Shown: positions 25,901 to 42,804 of the stretch, one piece after another
How the letters are laid out: the number at the start of each line of letters is the position of its first letter
How positions within the stretch are numbered: the first letter of the stretch is position 1
Source of the DNA: Octopus sinensis
Taxonomy: Eukaryota
Reading direction: 5' to 3'
Assembly (NCBI RefSeq): GCF_006345805.1
Contig: NC_042997.1
Location: 37,820,001-37,884,000 of the forward strand
DNA length: 64,000 bases
The notes under the pieces: model-generated
Told to the model about the DNA's origin: nothing
What the model saw: the letters and a program-made list of their open reading frames with translations, nothing else
Databases searched by the model: none
Made by a program: the position numbers and the translations under genes

Positions 25901-27803
25901 TATTCTTTTATTATTTTACTCGTTTCAGTATTGATGTCGGTATATATTTATCTATTATGAAGAAAAAATATACGTATAACGATAAAGATATGTAAATATG
26001 GGTTGTAATATTAGATTTTGTCGTAATAGTGTAACTTTTTTAAAGAATGTATAAACAGATAGTGTGAATCTATCATTTGATGCGAATTTGGATTTTAAAA
26101 TCAACGGAATGTAGAAGAATGAATTAAATGAATCAAGAAGAAATTTCCTTCTCTCATAAAGTCAACAAAACTAGTACCATTTTTTGCTCAGCGTTAAAAG
26201 TATATTCTTTTTCCTACACAGTAATATTCAGTAAGACACATGTATAAATAAGATAGTTTTCAATGCAAAAGAACTAAGTGCAACATATAATTACACTCAG
26301 TACAAATATTTATAATAGAAAGCAACTTGCATCAATCTAACAAACACAATATTCGACTCATCTGAAAGAGTTTTAAAAAATCAATACTTATCCCAGCATC
26401 AGAACTGGTAACAAAATAATAACAATGTGTAACCTTATATAAAGACTATTATCAGAAACGTTCAGACATAATGTTATTAGATAAAATCTTTAAATAGAAA
26501 ATTCAAATAAATTGGAAGCGTTTCAGAATTGATGGAGATCTTTTTGGGTATTTGGGAGTTAAGTATATGCGGAAGAAACTTAGAAATGTACAGAACAAAA
26601 ATATACGCACGAATTCCCTTTGAATTTTTAGATTCTCGAGATAAATCCGCACATATGTCCAGTACGCGTGGTATTAATCTTTGATTGTCAAATGAAAGAC
26701 TTCTAGATATCCTTTTGAGGCGGAATAGTAACGTGAATATTAACACGTTTGCATTAGACAGTTTATTGCCTTACTAAATATTGATATGTTAAAATGTAAT
26801 ATTTTCTAGGAATACACTGAGTACAATTGCGCTAATGCCATTTCCATTATGCAATGCATTCTAGTGAAAGTAAAAGCAAGCGAATAAATCAATTCGTTTT
26901 ACACTATTGTTATTAGTTCTTAAGATCTAAGATATATGTTCAAATCGTATAATGCTCACCAATGAAATCTTTGGCTTCATGGACGATTAAATGCAATAAT
27001 TTGTATGCATACATGTGCTTCGGTGTGCTAGTTTGGGAGTGTTTGTTTTTGTGCGTATGTGAGTATATTTATATATACGTGGAAATGCGCATAGATTTGT
27101 TTAAATGGGAGTTTTTATATATTCATGTATATCAGTGTGCTTGTCTAAAATGGTCAACATTAATTCGAAATGACGAATAAAGATAGTTCTCATGGAGCCA
27201 CTAATATACTGTAGCAGAACGAAAGCAGAAGGAGCAAGATAAATTGTTGGAAGCTGAAATAAATTAAAGAGGAACGTAAATGTGAATAGAAGAGAAGAAC
27301 AAATGTAGAAAGTATTCAAGAAATATTTGTATTGAATAGGTAAATATATAACAAGCAAATAATGCATCGTCTGTAAGTCACATTATCCACTATTTTTAGA
27401 TAATTTTCACTGCGTTTCCAATAAGTTGTAACATTTTACGCAAAGATATATCTGCATACGTTAACAGCCTGCGCACACAGTCGCATGCACACATACTCAC
27501 AAATGCAAAGCAGAGATTATATCGCACCAAAAGTAAGCTGTCTGCGAAATAACAGGATCTGCCAAAAACTATATTCAAATCAGCTCCATAGAAAACCTAT
27601 CTTCAAATGGGAAATAAAGAGTAGATAATGTAATTTAAGATGCTAGGTCTGAAGCGAAAAGAGAAAACAAAAACGGGATGTTAACTCTTGTGATGCATTT
27701 TGATTATGGGTGTGCTGAGTGACCCATTCACAAACCATAAAGAGCAACAGAAACAGTCTTACACGTAATCTATCTATCCATCTATCTATCTATCCATCAA
27801 TTG

Positions 27804-27901
<98 letters not shown>

Positions 27902-28117
27902 GTACATACATATATACATACATATATATATAATATATATATGTGTGTGTGTGTGTGTATGTATATACATATATATATATATATATAATATATATATATA
28001 TACATACATATATATATTATATATATATATATAGTCTATATTCGTCATAGAATACGTGTCTCCTCCTGTTCTGTTTCGTCCATTCTGCAAACAGAACAGG
28101 AGCCACGAGAAATGGAG

Positions 28118-28193
<76 letters not shown>

Positions 28194-28198
28194 GATTG

Positions 28199-28236
<38 letters not shown>

Positions 28237-28260
28237 TGTATGTGTGTATATATATATATA

Positions 28261-31525
<3,265 letters not shown>

Positions 31526-31561
31526 ACATATATATATGTATATATATATATACACGTATAT

Positions 31562-31628
<67 letters not shown>

Positions 31629-32289
31629 CACGCATATAGAAAAAAGTGATCTTGGTCTCCGACTTAACGTAGAGGGTGTCTTACAACACAGAATATTCCG
31701 TTATTTACCTTGAGAGGATTTCTCATAAGACGTTGAGGTGTTAAAGCACATATAATTATATAGTTGATAGAGGAAAATCGTCTGCTACAACTATCGAAAC
31801 TGCCGAATTACGTGATTTCACCCTATTATGGGTCTCGGTGACAAATGTCCAGCAGCGGCCTAATAGCCGAATCTACCGCCAACGATATGCATAATATGAA
31901 TATCTGTTCAGCCGACGGTGTCGCAATTTGCCAGCTTATCAAAATCAAATATTGATCATGAAAGAAGCAGTATTAATACTAAAAATCGATCTTGACCTCC
32001 ATCATAACTTGGCTGGGTTACAACACGGAAGAATGCGTTATATATTTAACACGATACCTATTGGTGTATCTCGTTATGGTAATTTTTTTCATTTTACAAT
32101 TTTATTACTTATACACCCTGTTACCCTCATAGCAAAATTAACCCACCAATAAATATTTTAAGTTTAGCTATTTACTCAATGTCCTGAAGCGACACATATG
32201 CAACATGTTATGATTTAAATATATTAAGCCTTTCATCTTCTTCTCGAGGATCTTCTTTTCTTTCTTTTCTTTTATGTGTTTTTTCTTCA

Positions 32290-32405
32290 CTCTGACGAAG
32301 CTCAATTATTCCAGATCGGATGTGTTACCAAATATAATGAATATTATTCTCAGAATTTTCAATGGCAATACCGTAGAACATTGGAAGCAGAAACAGCTGT
32401 TAGAT
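32290..32405 (+). ncRNA. Eroded hammerhead-like motif related to 14959-15085, canonical core
   Basis: ct CTGACGA a GCTcaat...attggaAGC a GAAA CAGCTG TT agat; shares GAAA-CAGCTG-T-H-agat with 15070-15085; stem I only 2 bp and 10.1-11.1 mismatched. Confidence 0.5.
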
Positions 32406-35400
32406 GGGATACAGGCTATTTGTAGTAAAACGTAATAATTGTTGTTGATCAATCTTTCTTCATTTTCTGTTTATATATGTGTATGTGTTTGTGCGTTTTT
32501 GTGCGTGTATTATGTATGTATGTATAAGAATACATAAACACGCGCTCGCACATACTAACGTGCATGTGTGGGCGCGCTCGCATTTTTGTATGTGGTTCTG
32601 TATACGTGTGTCAGTAAAAAAATAACCATAGATAGAACAAGTGATAATCTATAGAGCGATATAAAAAATAGCGATAAGTTGCAATCTGAGAAAATGAGAA
32701 TCAGACATGGGTGCGTCGCTAAAACTGATAAATAGCTCTGCGGTAGGTTGCCTTTCGTATCTCTAGCCGTGCGCATATACAGCATTCTGGAACTTTAAAC
32801 TAATTTGCTGCTCGGTTTGGTCACGATAGATTTAAGAGAAAGCCTTGTGAAATGGAAAAAAATCTTTCAGAAGATTCTAATTTCCATTTGCGTAAGCGTT
32901 AAAGTATTTTAACATTTTTCCGGCAGGGTTATTGCAAGTTGATGTAATTCCTTGTTGCATACTTCCCCATATATTTCGATCTGTTTCAGCGAGTAGAGTA
33001 GGTTGTAAAACATTACAAAAGCAAACGCAATATCATAAATACATCAAATTCAATTGCCACACTTATGAGAATAAAAGAAACACAATTATGTGCATTACAA
33101 GTATGTAGCACACGTTAGTTATAGAAGAAATCCGTCAAACAAAACATTAAACATTTTGTATCTAATTTTTCCTCGCACAGAACTCACATTTTTGGAGATT
33201 TCTGCGCAATACGTGCCTCCAGCATCTGCAAGCAATGCTGGGCGGCAAGTTTTCTCTTTCCTATTCTCTATCTCTATTTCCCTGGCGTTAATATTGCGTA
33301 CACGTTTTTCGGAAACAACATAGTAAGTTCTCGACATCCTCAAGGCTTTATTATGCCTAGTTCTCTTTTCAGCCTTTCTTTAGTTAACCCTGAAAAATCA
33401 TCCCATTTACAAGTTCTCAATCGTTTTTTAACAAAATCATCCAGTTATGAACTCGTAAAAGTGACATTACTGCCTCGTATCAGAAATGATATTTTAATCA
33501 TATCTGACACACCTTTTCATTTTTGTTCCTTCCTCTTTGTGTCCTAATTACAAATGCCCTTACTGTTTAAATTTTAAATAGGATATCGATCAGCCTTTTC
33601 CCCACCTGTACAGTTTATTCAAGCTGTACATGTTTTTAACCGGGAAGAGTGTAAACTATTTAGGTTGGGGGACCACTTTTGAAAGTTATCCTACGCACTG
33701 AAATTCTTCTACTGGAAACCTTGGCAATTTATTGAATGAAATATGCTATCTGTCATATCAATGCACTACACGGGCCAAGAAAACAATGTAAGTAATATCG
33801 TTAATAATAAGGCAAATTTTTATGGTCCTCATAAAAAATATAACCAGGAAATGTATATTTTTAATATCAGAGATTATAAAGATAAAATTTTAAATAATTG
33901 TCGTTAAATGCAGAACAATTGTATCACTTACAGAGTCGATATGGCACCATAGTAAACTTATTTTGGAAAAGCCAAATTGAACGACTCATAAATTATTTAA
34001 CAAATATAGCTTATCAAGCGTATATTGATGTATATTTAACAGTTTATAAAGATAAAGATGAAAATAATATATTTCATAACTTTGATTGTCAGCATTCATT
34101 TATATGGACATTTATAAGCATCATTTTGATGAATTCGTTTTCACATCTCCTTAAATATATACATCAGTTCGATCTTTAAATATTTTATATAATTATCTCC
34201 ATTCAATCTATCAAATTTATTTATTTTAGAATTGCGATAATATGCTGTAAATATTATATTTCTCTATTTAATAAATTTATCCAGGTTTCAAATTCGTCAT
34301 TTCGGACATTCGAAAATTATGCGTATCAATAAGGAGTTACTTATTTTTCTATACGAAGACATCTGTCACAATCTTAGTTTTCCTATGTAAGTTATATGAG
34401 CAATAGAATGATTTTCGGATTCCCAGACATCTACCAACAAGGAAAATGTGCTATGGAAATCGATACAGGAGTGAAAACTGTTTCAAAGTTAAGCATTCTC
34501 TTCCCTAAGAAATTAAGAATTATATAATTTTAAGCCGCGAAAACCAAGGATTTAAGCCATGCTTTGACTTTATACACTGCACAGTTTACCATATCTTACA
34601 AATGTACATTAAAAAATTTATAAATATTGTGCAGCAAATTCTAGGCTGCATATACATGGAACTGATTTTGAATTTTCATTGTTGGGATATATACTGCAGT
34701 ATACACGTACATTAAGTTGTCAAAATATATAAGATTTATGAAATGGTTTCATAAAGATATATGAAATTACCATAAAATATATATTATATATTCCAAATTG
34801 TATAAACATTGTTATAATTGTATACAAATATAGGTAGGAGCATACAACTAATATTTCTTTGTGAACTATAATTTATCTGAAGCATTTTCGTTTTTATAGA
34901 AATAAGATATAATTAATTTCAGGTTGATATAATGACATTGTTGTGGCCCTAAGGCATTGAAGCAAATAAGAAAAGGTGAAGAAGTTTGTTGTGCGAATTC
35001 TTACTCCAAATAATTTTTAAGATTCTTTAATTTCCGTTTTACTTTTACATTTTGTATGTTTGTACGTACTTAAAATATTGCTTTACCTTATAATAATATT
35101 ATAGAGAGCAATATAGTGTTATATAGTAATGAAGGTAAAAATTCAATTGCATATGCCAAGCCGATATTATAAATTTTACCATTGTCACTATAATCAATAC
35201 GCTTGGTGTGTTCTTTTTAAATAGTCTGAAATGGAAGTAAATAGATCTTATAACAATATTAGTTGCAATCCTTATTGCATTTTAACTTCTGATTTGCAAG
35301 GTACTATTAGCTACAGCGATATTCCTATATTAATATTGATGGCATATTATGTAAAATTCTGTTGAAGACGGACAGATATCTTTTATGTTTAAAACATAAT

Positions 35401-35689
35401 ATTGTTGCTTTTTCTGATAATTTCAACTATTAAACATTTAGACCTACTAAAGATGATGCGCAATTATAATTGTACTTATATAATTTTGATTTATACCATA
35501 TAAATTCGTTGTGTAGAAGAGATATCTTGGGATGAAAATTGCAAATTACTTTGAGATATATTTTCAACCTATGGGTGTTTTGGTTTTAGAATTACAGATG
35601 GAGTGCTGAATATTCATTATATTATCAGTGTAACATTTTACAAAAATAGTCTTTTTTCGTTATACTTAACTCATATTTCAACTAACCAG

Positions 35690-36125
35690 CTGCGACACCA
35701 CGTGTTGGTCTTATATTGTTCACGTTTTCGTTCTTGATTATAGAGTTGAGAAAAAGGTTAATTTTCGATTTCTTAATAAAGTTACAGTTACTAACCTTCT
35801 TTCTATGTTCTACAAATGTTACTTGTTGACGTAGGTGTTTCGAAGAAAATGATTTAATTCTGGATGCAGATCGTCCCAATATGATTTCAATCGATTCATA
35901 TAGCCAGCAGCGGGGTTTTGTTTTGCTTTTTCGTAGTAGTTAAATAGTTCATTATTCAATTTATAACTCCAAGAGAAATGAGTTTTGTAGTTACGGTTTC
36001 TCCTATAACTACAGTTAGAAAGAAATTGTTTACCTGTTGAGCTGTTGTTTTCATTCTGTACCTTGATTATGTTGTTGTTGATGGTGTGTCCAGCCATGTT
36101 GTTTGTAGTAACTCTCTGCATGCTA
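35690..36125 (-). mobile_element. R4/Dong-type LINE, N-terminal ORF fragment
   Basis: WSYKLNNELFNYYEKAKQNPAAGYMNRLKSYWDDLHPEL resembles the W...N..L..CY.......GY..R....W...HP domain (from recall). Confidence 0.5.
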
Positions 36126-36834
36126 AATTCAAGTTTCAGTCGAAAATCACTACAATCGTGAATAAAAGGCCCCTTCAGTTAATTCATCTGAAAATTAACC
36201 AGTTATTTAACAAGACTGCTAGTTGCGGGTCAAAGTAGGAGATAGTATTCATCGTATTTTCGAGTCTCCCACGCCAAATATGCAACTTGTCGCTTCGAGT
36301 GTGTTATGTATGTATGTATGTATACACACACACACGGATGTATATATGTCTATATATATATATGTATATATACATACACACATACATACATACATGTGTC
36401 TTCTCGTTCGCATAATCTCCGAAACTGGAGCTTAAATATAGTCTGTCTATAGCACTTACTCAGCAAGAAAAGAGAGAAAAAAAAGAAAAATAGCGAGAAA
36501 AGAAAATAGAGAGAAAAAATATACGTTAAAAATTAAAAAATAAGAAATAAAGTGCAAGGGTATTGGATGTAAAAAACAATGGATCCTTCCTATCTTTACA
36601 AGAGAAGTGAATATAAAACTATTCCAATCGTTTTAACATTCATTCTATGTTGACTGGTGATACAGTACGGGCAGATTTTCTAAATCCAATGAATCTTTAT
36701 ACAGTTATACAGTTACGAAATTTTACAAATACACTTTCTCAGGGTGATAGGATATACCTATTATAATAGATAATACTACATGTACATTTCATATTTTTTA
36801 TAGAGTGATGTAACCCTTTGGAATAACATTGTTT

Positions 36835-36925
36835 GCGACTGAAGAGAGCATTAAACCATCTTTTATATCAATTATACACTGATGTAAGAAGTGTTTGTTT
36901 ATAAAATTTGAAACACGTGTACCGC
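36835..36925 (+). ncRNA. Hammerhead-like motif, canonical core, eroded stem II
   Basis: gcga CTGAAGA ... GAAA CACGTG TA ccgc; ACACGTGT palindrome; homologous to 40789-40870; followed at 36926-37033 by an inverted copy of the sequence at 40689-40792. Confidence 0.58.
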
Positions 36926-37689
36926 GATATCCTTTGTGTTCTGTTCTTGATTTTATTTGATATATGCTCTCTCACCTCTGCCACTATCTGGCATATACAG
37001 GTGCTTACACTTATCAAGTATTCACCCTAAATTACAGTACCTATATAATATAAACAATAGTTTGCAACGTTTCACCAAAGGGGAGTATTACAAACGTCAC
37101 TAAATGTGAATAGGGTTTTAGGAAACACCTGCATTGCTAGAAATAAGAGCTAAACACTCTGGTGGTGTAGCTAACGCACATGAATAAAAACATATGCTCT
37201 AAAGTGCCGATAGAGAATTCGTAATACTGACGTGTCAGTTTCGGCAATTTCCGTGGACTCATCTTTTAAACCCCCTCTACCCTTCGGCTCTTTCTGGACT
37301 CGCTTCGCCATTAGCATTTATGTTCCCGTCATCTACATAATTGGATGATTTAGTGATTCTCTATTGTGTATATGTAAATTAGATATAAACTGCAGGTCCC
37401 TTTTAGTGTATATGTTTTCATTCTTCTAGCAATGTAGGTGTTTCCCTAACACCCTAGTCACATTTAGTGACATTTGTATACATATATGTGTTTTTGTGCG
37501 TGTTTGTGAGTGTGTATATGTGTGTGTACACACAGATAAACGCAAAAACACACACACACATACAATCTATTCCCTCTAGTGCCGCTGTGAGCAATACGTC
37601 ATTGGAGAATGTGGAGAATATATCACCAGTATTGTCCAAACGAACTCAGAATTCATCCAAAGCTAGGACCAATTGTCATACGTACCCTG

Positions 37690-37990
37690 CCCAATTCAGG
37701 ATCACAACGCATAAATAAACTGCAACACAACTTTTTTTTCAACAGTCCTATTTAGCATGGTTCCAAAACAAATCAAAGAAGAAAAAGATCCCGTCATTTT
37801 TATACGGAACCTGGACAAATTAGTTCAAGGCATACCAGATAAGCTACCGATACCTTGATAGAACTCACTCAACAAGAATTCCCGACTCAAGTGGGCTATG
37901 ATACCACAAAACGTGACTTTAAAACGATTTAGCAAATCCTAACAGGTGGTACTATTAAGTTAGACATGGCCTAGGTCAATCTTTAGTCAA
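37690..37990 (+). mobile_element. CR1-type LINE 3' fragment
   Basis: LFSMVPKQIKEEKDPVIFIRNLDKLVQGIPDKLP parallels RFNILPKSLRNLYKVNVGVCKSKLDLFLSRVPDEP of the LINE at 43688-45616. Confidence 0.5.
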
Positions 37991-38779
37991 AACATGTCGA
38001 AGTTTAAAATAGATTTATAGAAATAAATCTTTCAGCATCGGCGAGCGAATTTAAAAGCGCGTAGTTGTGAACGAATGGGTGCTATAAAGCTTCTAACTAG
38101 ATGAAACGGTTCAAGAAAGGTCGGAGAGGCTATGAAAGAAATTGAAAATTGTAGATGAGTGTGGTTTACATGGGAAGACGGACACTACGTAGCTTTATCT
38201 TTCAATATCTCTCTCAGCTATCAATCTGTATGTCTATCTATCTGTTTCACTATTCTTTCTCTGTGTGCATTCATGTGTGCGTAGAAGTGCCAATGCGTGA
38301 ATATATATTTGCATATATAGACATTTATGTGTGTAAATGTAGATATATACAAAATTTGTAAGGATGAATGATTTTTATGACTTGACTGAATCATTACAAT
38401 CATTCAAATGATTTCATTTTTAAGCAAATGCGCAATGCAAACTAAAATACGACGCGAATTATATAAGTATGTTCCTTATATTATAAACACTGTGTATATT
38501 ATAAATTTTCAGGCACCAAATATAATTGCACAAGTCTGTGCCATGTCGTATTTCAGGTAATTATTGTTTTATTTTTGATGCTATAGATATTAGAGATATA
38601 TTGTTTGAAAGAAACATTTAGTAAACGTGATATACCAGTTTTGTAACCAAGTGTGACAGCTTTTAATAGAGCCTATTAGACGAGAAAGAGAGATAGATAA
38701 TGTAGTACATGAAGACCGTGGAAAAGAACACTTTGTATCACAAAGTATTTCTTTACTTAGCATATCGATAGTTTTTATA

Positions 38780-38990
38780 TAGATTTCGAATTTTGGCACA
38801 AGTCCAGCAATGTATTGGGCGGTGTGTAAGTTCATTTCCTCAACTCCAGGACTCAACTGGTATGTATTTCTTTGTCCCCAGAATGATGAAAGGTAAAGTC
38901 TACGGAATTTGAACTCGCAACGTGAAAATGGACGAAATGCCGCTAGGCATTTCGCTTGACGTGCTGGCGATACTGCCAGCTCGAACCTTA
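38780..38990 (-). mobile_element. SINE family C
   Basis: Colinear with the copies at 5994-6407 (ttttggcacaag...caactggta...gaaaggtaaagtc...gccgctaggcatt...ctgccagctcg). Confidence 0.75.
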
Positions 38991-39904
38991 AGCTATTTTG
39001 TTATATTAACAGTGTATTTCTAAATGAAATGTATTACAATAGTTGTAATTCCATGGGAAATATGTAGATATTAAATTTTAAAACGTCTCCAGTGATGAAA
39101 AATCAGATGTTTTACGTTTACAATTGAAGCGTTTAGTAACAGACCGTCGTAAGTGCCACAACTTAAAAACTGAGGAGACGTAGTCAAAGATTCATAACAT
39201 TCGGAATGAAGTTATGAAGCTGGTTTTGGTCTTAAAATAACCGTGAAAACCTCCTCTAATCATCCCATCTATGTAGAATTATATATTTACGTATGCATCT
39301 TCCTCATTTTGTAGAATATACCGGTATTTGAAACGGTGTATCGCATTGCATATTTTAGCCAAAATACCTAGGAAAACATACAGAGACCCCTTAGATGGTC
39401 TGTTACTAAGCGCCTTAATTATACGTGTATTAAAATTTGTGGAGACATTTTTAGCTGTAAAACCGCTACGTCAAACTGCATAATTATACAAGTATGCATC
39501 ACAGTTAAAAAAACACCTCTTCAGAATATATGCTATATATTCGCTTTTTATTATTCCTAACAAGATTTATTCTTCTAAAAATTGTGCGATGATGATTATA
39601 AATGTTTATCGAAGTACTGTAATTTCGCGTCGCGCTCTCTATAATGCTAATATTTATTCGTTACTGAATTCCAAGTGACATACACAAAGTTAACAATACT
39701 GAGACTGGAATCAGCTCTAACCCTAAGATCTAATTATATAATTATATGAATGAGTTCCATTCGAAATCTATATAATTAATGGCCGTTTGTATTACGAGAG
39801 AAAATTAACACATCATACTAGTACAAACCTGCATATATCACTGTGCAGTCCCAAAACGTGGCTTGTAGAATATATGAAATATAACGAATATAAACTCGTC
39901 CAAG

Positions 39905-40178
39905 TGGAGGCATTTGATCGAGGGATCGTGGGTTCGAATCTCAGACCGGGCGATGTGTGTGTTTATGAGCGAAAAACCCAAGCTCCACGTGGCTCCGGCA
40001 GAAGGTATTTGCTAACTTCTGCTGACTCTTTCGCCACAACTTTCTTTCACTCTTTCATTCTGCATCTTGCAGCTCACCTGCGACGGACCGGCATCCCGTC
40101 CAGGTGGGGGACCTATATGCCAAGGAAACTTGGAAACCGGCCCTAATGAGATAGGTGTGGCTTGAGAAGGAACAAACA
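39905..40178 (+). mobile_element. Chimeric SINE: family-A-like 5' half plus a different (V/Meta-like) 3' half
   Basis: B box ggttcgaatctc and agctccacg-ggctccggcag...ccacaactttct-tcactctt match family A up to ~40053; then cacctgcgacggaccggcatcccgtccagg...gaaaccgg and tail gagaaggaacaaaca, absent from family A. Confidence 0.7.
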
Positions 40179-40377
40179 TAAACTCGTTCAAGTTAAGCCT
40201 ATTATGAACCTTATATGAAAGTCAAGCACAATGACTTCATCGCATATTTTTTAATAGCAGCTAGAGCTTTTTCAGAATTTTAGGGAATTACTTGGCTGGA
40301 CAATAAACTTATATTAGATTTCTTAAATGAAACAAAATTTCACAGAAATCTAGAATGTTAGGGAGAATGGATTCAGT

Positions 40378-40610
40378 TACGATGGGCTGCTGAAAAGTTG
40401 CTGGCTTTAAAGGCATGGCGAAAGACATGGTTGAAAGGCCAAACTTCCGAGTTCATTTACATGGCTTACAAAAGATTAAGGACGGCTGCATTAAGTGTGT
40501 GAATCTGGTGAGTGGGGGGGGGTAATATGCTTAGTAAAATCATAATTAACTGATCTTCCTGTATTTTCTTTTATCCAGAACCAGTCATTTTCAGTCCCTC
40601 CCTCTTCGTA
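40378..40610 (+). mobile_element. Mariner-derived MITE
   Basis: TA at both ends; degenerate TIRs tacgatgggctgctgaaaagttgctgg / ccagtcattttcagtccctccctcttcgta; internal aagtgtgtgaatct (KCVN) resembles a mariner transposase end. Confidence 0.7.
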
Positions 40611-40657
40611 TGGTGATATGAAATTCTATTAACAGCTACCAGATGACACACCCACAC

Positions 40658-40689
<32 letters not shown>

Positions 40690-40788
40690 AATTCAGGGCG
40701 AATACTTGATAAATGTAAGCACCTGTATATGCCAGGTGAGAGGATATATGTATCAAATGAAATAGAATGAAAAACAGAGCAATTGCAT

Positions 40789-40865
40789 GCGGCTGAAGAT
40801 GGCTTTTAAACTATGTTATCTCGATTATGCATTGATGTAAGAATAAGTGGTTCTATAAAGCTCGA

Positions 40866-40870
<5 letters not shown>
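40789..40870 (+). ncRNA. Hammerhead-like motif, canonical core, truncated by (TA)n within stem III
   Basis: gcgg CTGAAGA t GGCTTT...AAAGC(t)C GAAA cat(atat...); stem II of 6 bp with one bulge. Confidence 0.55.
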
Positions 40871-40908
<38 letters not shown>

Positions 40909-40909
<1 letters not shown>

Positions 40910-41027
40910 GTGACCGAGTGTGTACCGTTGGCGATTTTTTTCCTCTGTCTCCCTTTCTCTGGATCTTTCCTTCTCCTATGTTTCCACGAAGAGCTCCGCT
41001 TGAAACGTTAAACCCTCCTTCTTTCCT
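40909..41027 (+). repeat. (TA)n-embedded repeat family F with degenerate hammerhead (40980-41013)
   Basis: gtttccacgaagagctccgcttgaaacgttaaac is the 49381-49415 motif with one G deleted and two substitutions. Confidence 0.78.
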
Positions 41028-41086
<59 letters not shown>

Positions 41087-41616
41087 TGTGTGTGTGTGTG
41101 TGTCTGTGTGTGTGTGTGTGTGTCTGTGTATGTGTGTATGTGTATAGAATTGAATAAATAGAGTGAAGAATGTATGTATGCATATATACTTCAATGTTCC
41201 GTTATATGTAAGATCAACAAAAACGTATTCCATCTAGTGTGAGTTAAATATATCATTTAATGTACACGGTATTAAAATAGGAGCTGCTAACAGTTTCATG
41301 ACACGGGGGCACCGTAATTCGGTAGATTTATATAATGTTGATTTTCTCCAAGCAATATTTCAGGCTCTCTCCACGTAGACAAACTTGTTTAAGAACCTGG
41401 ACGCTGCTGCATGAGAAAACACGAGAAAAAAACCCCGAAAAGATTGAAGCGAAAAGTGACAGGAGAAAAGAATGGGTGAATTCAAACGCTAAGAGAAAAT
41501 TCAATTAGTCTAGCAGGTGTTGAATAATTCAAAGCTAAGGGGGCAAAAGTCTGGGACACAGCTGCTGAATATGAATAGGTTGCTGTCTTCCAAACTTCTT
41601 TTTTTTGTCTAATATA

Positions 41617-41670
<54 letters not shown>

Positions 41671-41674
<4 letters not shown>

Positions 41675-42386
41675 TAAATCTTAGTGTAGCAGAAAAAACT
41701 TATAGAAAAATTCTTTGCTACCAGTGGTCTAGCGAGAAGGAAAGAATTAGTCAATAGACTATATGTTATTCATAGAAAAATACAGTGTACATTTAAACAC
41801 ATAAGAGACGACCATAAAAGGACATCTGACTCACTAGAAAGAGCAGTTAAATCTCCAAGCCACTAATAGTTGCAATTCTGAAAGGGAATGGAAAATAAAA
41901 ACATTTACCCTATCTTTCCTGGACTATGCATAGTTTCGGCAATCTTATGTAAATAAAATAAAATAATTTTAATTTACAACTGGCGTTCCCTCGTCACCAG
42001 GATGCCAAGGTTCAAATTTAGACACGAGGCGATAAAGAACATGCCTCGTGTTTATATGTTACAAAATCCTCCGCGCACGCGCGGATTTTCCGGCAGTAGG
42101 TGGATTGACGATTTTCTTTCAAAATTAGCCCAAAAAATTTTATCATTAATTAATAAATCTTAGCGCAGCAGAAACAATTTGTAGAAAAATTCTTTGCTAC
42201 CAGTGGTCTAGCGAGAAGGAAAAAATTAGTCAATAGACTATATGTTATTCATAGAAAAATACAGTGTGCATTTAAACACATAAGAGATGACCATAATAGG
42301 AGATCTGACTGACTAGAAAGAGCAGTTAAAACTCCAAGCCCACTAATAGTTGCAATTCTGAAGGGGAATGAAAAATAAAAATATTT
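41671..42386. repeat. Partial tandem: ~236-bp direct repeats (41671-41906, 42150-42386), 479-bp period, structured spacer
   Basis: Both copies begin ttaataaatcttag and end aataaaa(a)(c/t)attt, about 90% identical by eye; the spacer holds a hammerhead-like fold and two more hairpins. Confidence 0.92.
41917..42002 (-). ncRNA. Type-I hammerhead-like motif, G at position 3
   Basis: Minus: tcctg GTGACGA GG...(tgtaaat/atttaca)...CC GAAA CTATGCATAG TC cagga; 5-bp stem I, 12-bp palindrome ACTATGCATAGT, GUC triplet. Confidence 0.65.
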
Positions 42387-42760
42387 AATGTAGGAAACCG
42401 ACAATGTAGATAGCCCTGAGCTCGGGTTGTGTGCTGCATTGGAAATGCACTATCTACCCTATCTACACACAAACGCACACAGATACACTCACACGCATAT
42501 ATAATATATATAGATAGATAGATATATATGTATATATATATATATATATATATAGCCATGTAACCACATACATGCAGTTCGTAGAATTTTTCATTTTCTG
42601 CACTTTTTGTTTATCCTCTTCGTGATTAAGGGCAACACACAAAACGTTAAAGTTCCACTCATTTTCCAGCTTTACTGAGTGTCAGGGTAATACATTCCAT
42701 ATGCATGTAGTCTTGTTATTTCGTTCTTGTTATTTGTAATGTTCGATTTGAATATGTGTG

Positions 42761-42804
<44 letters not shown>

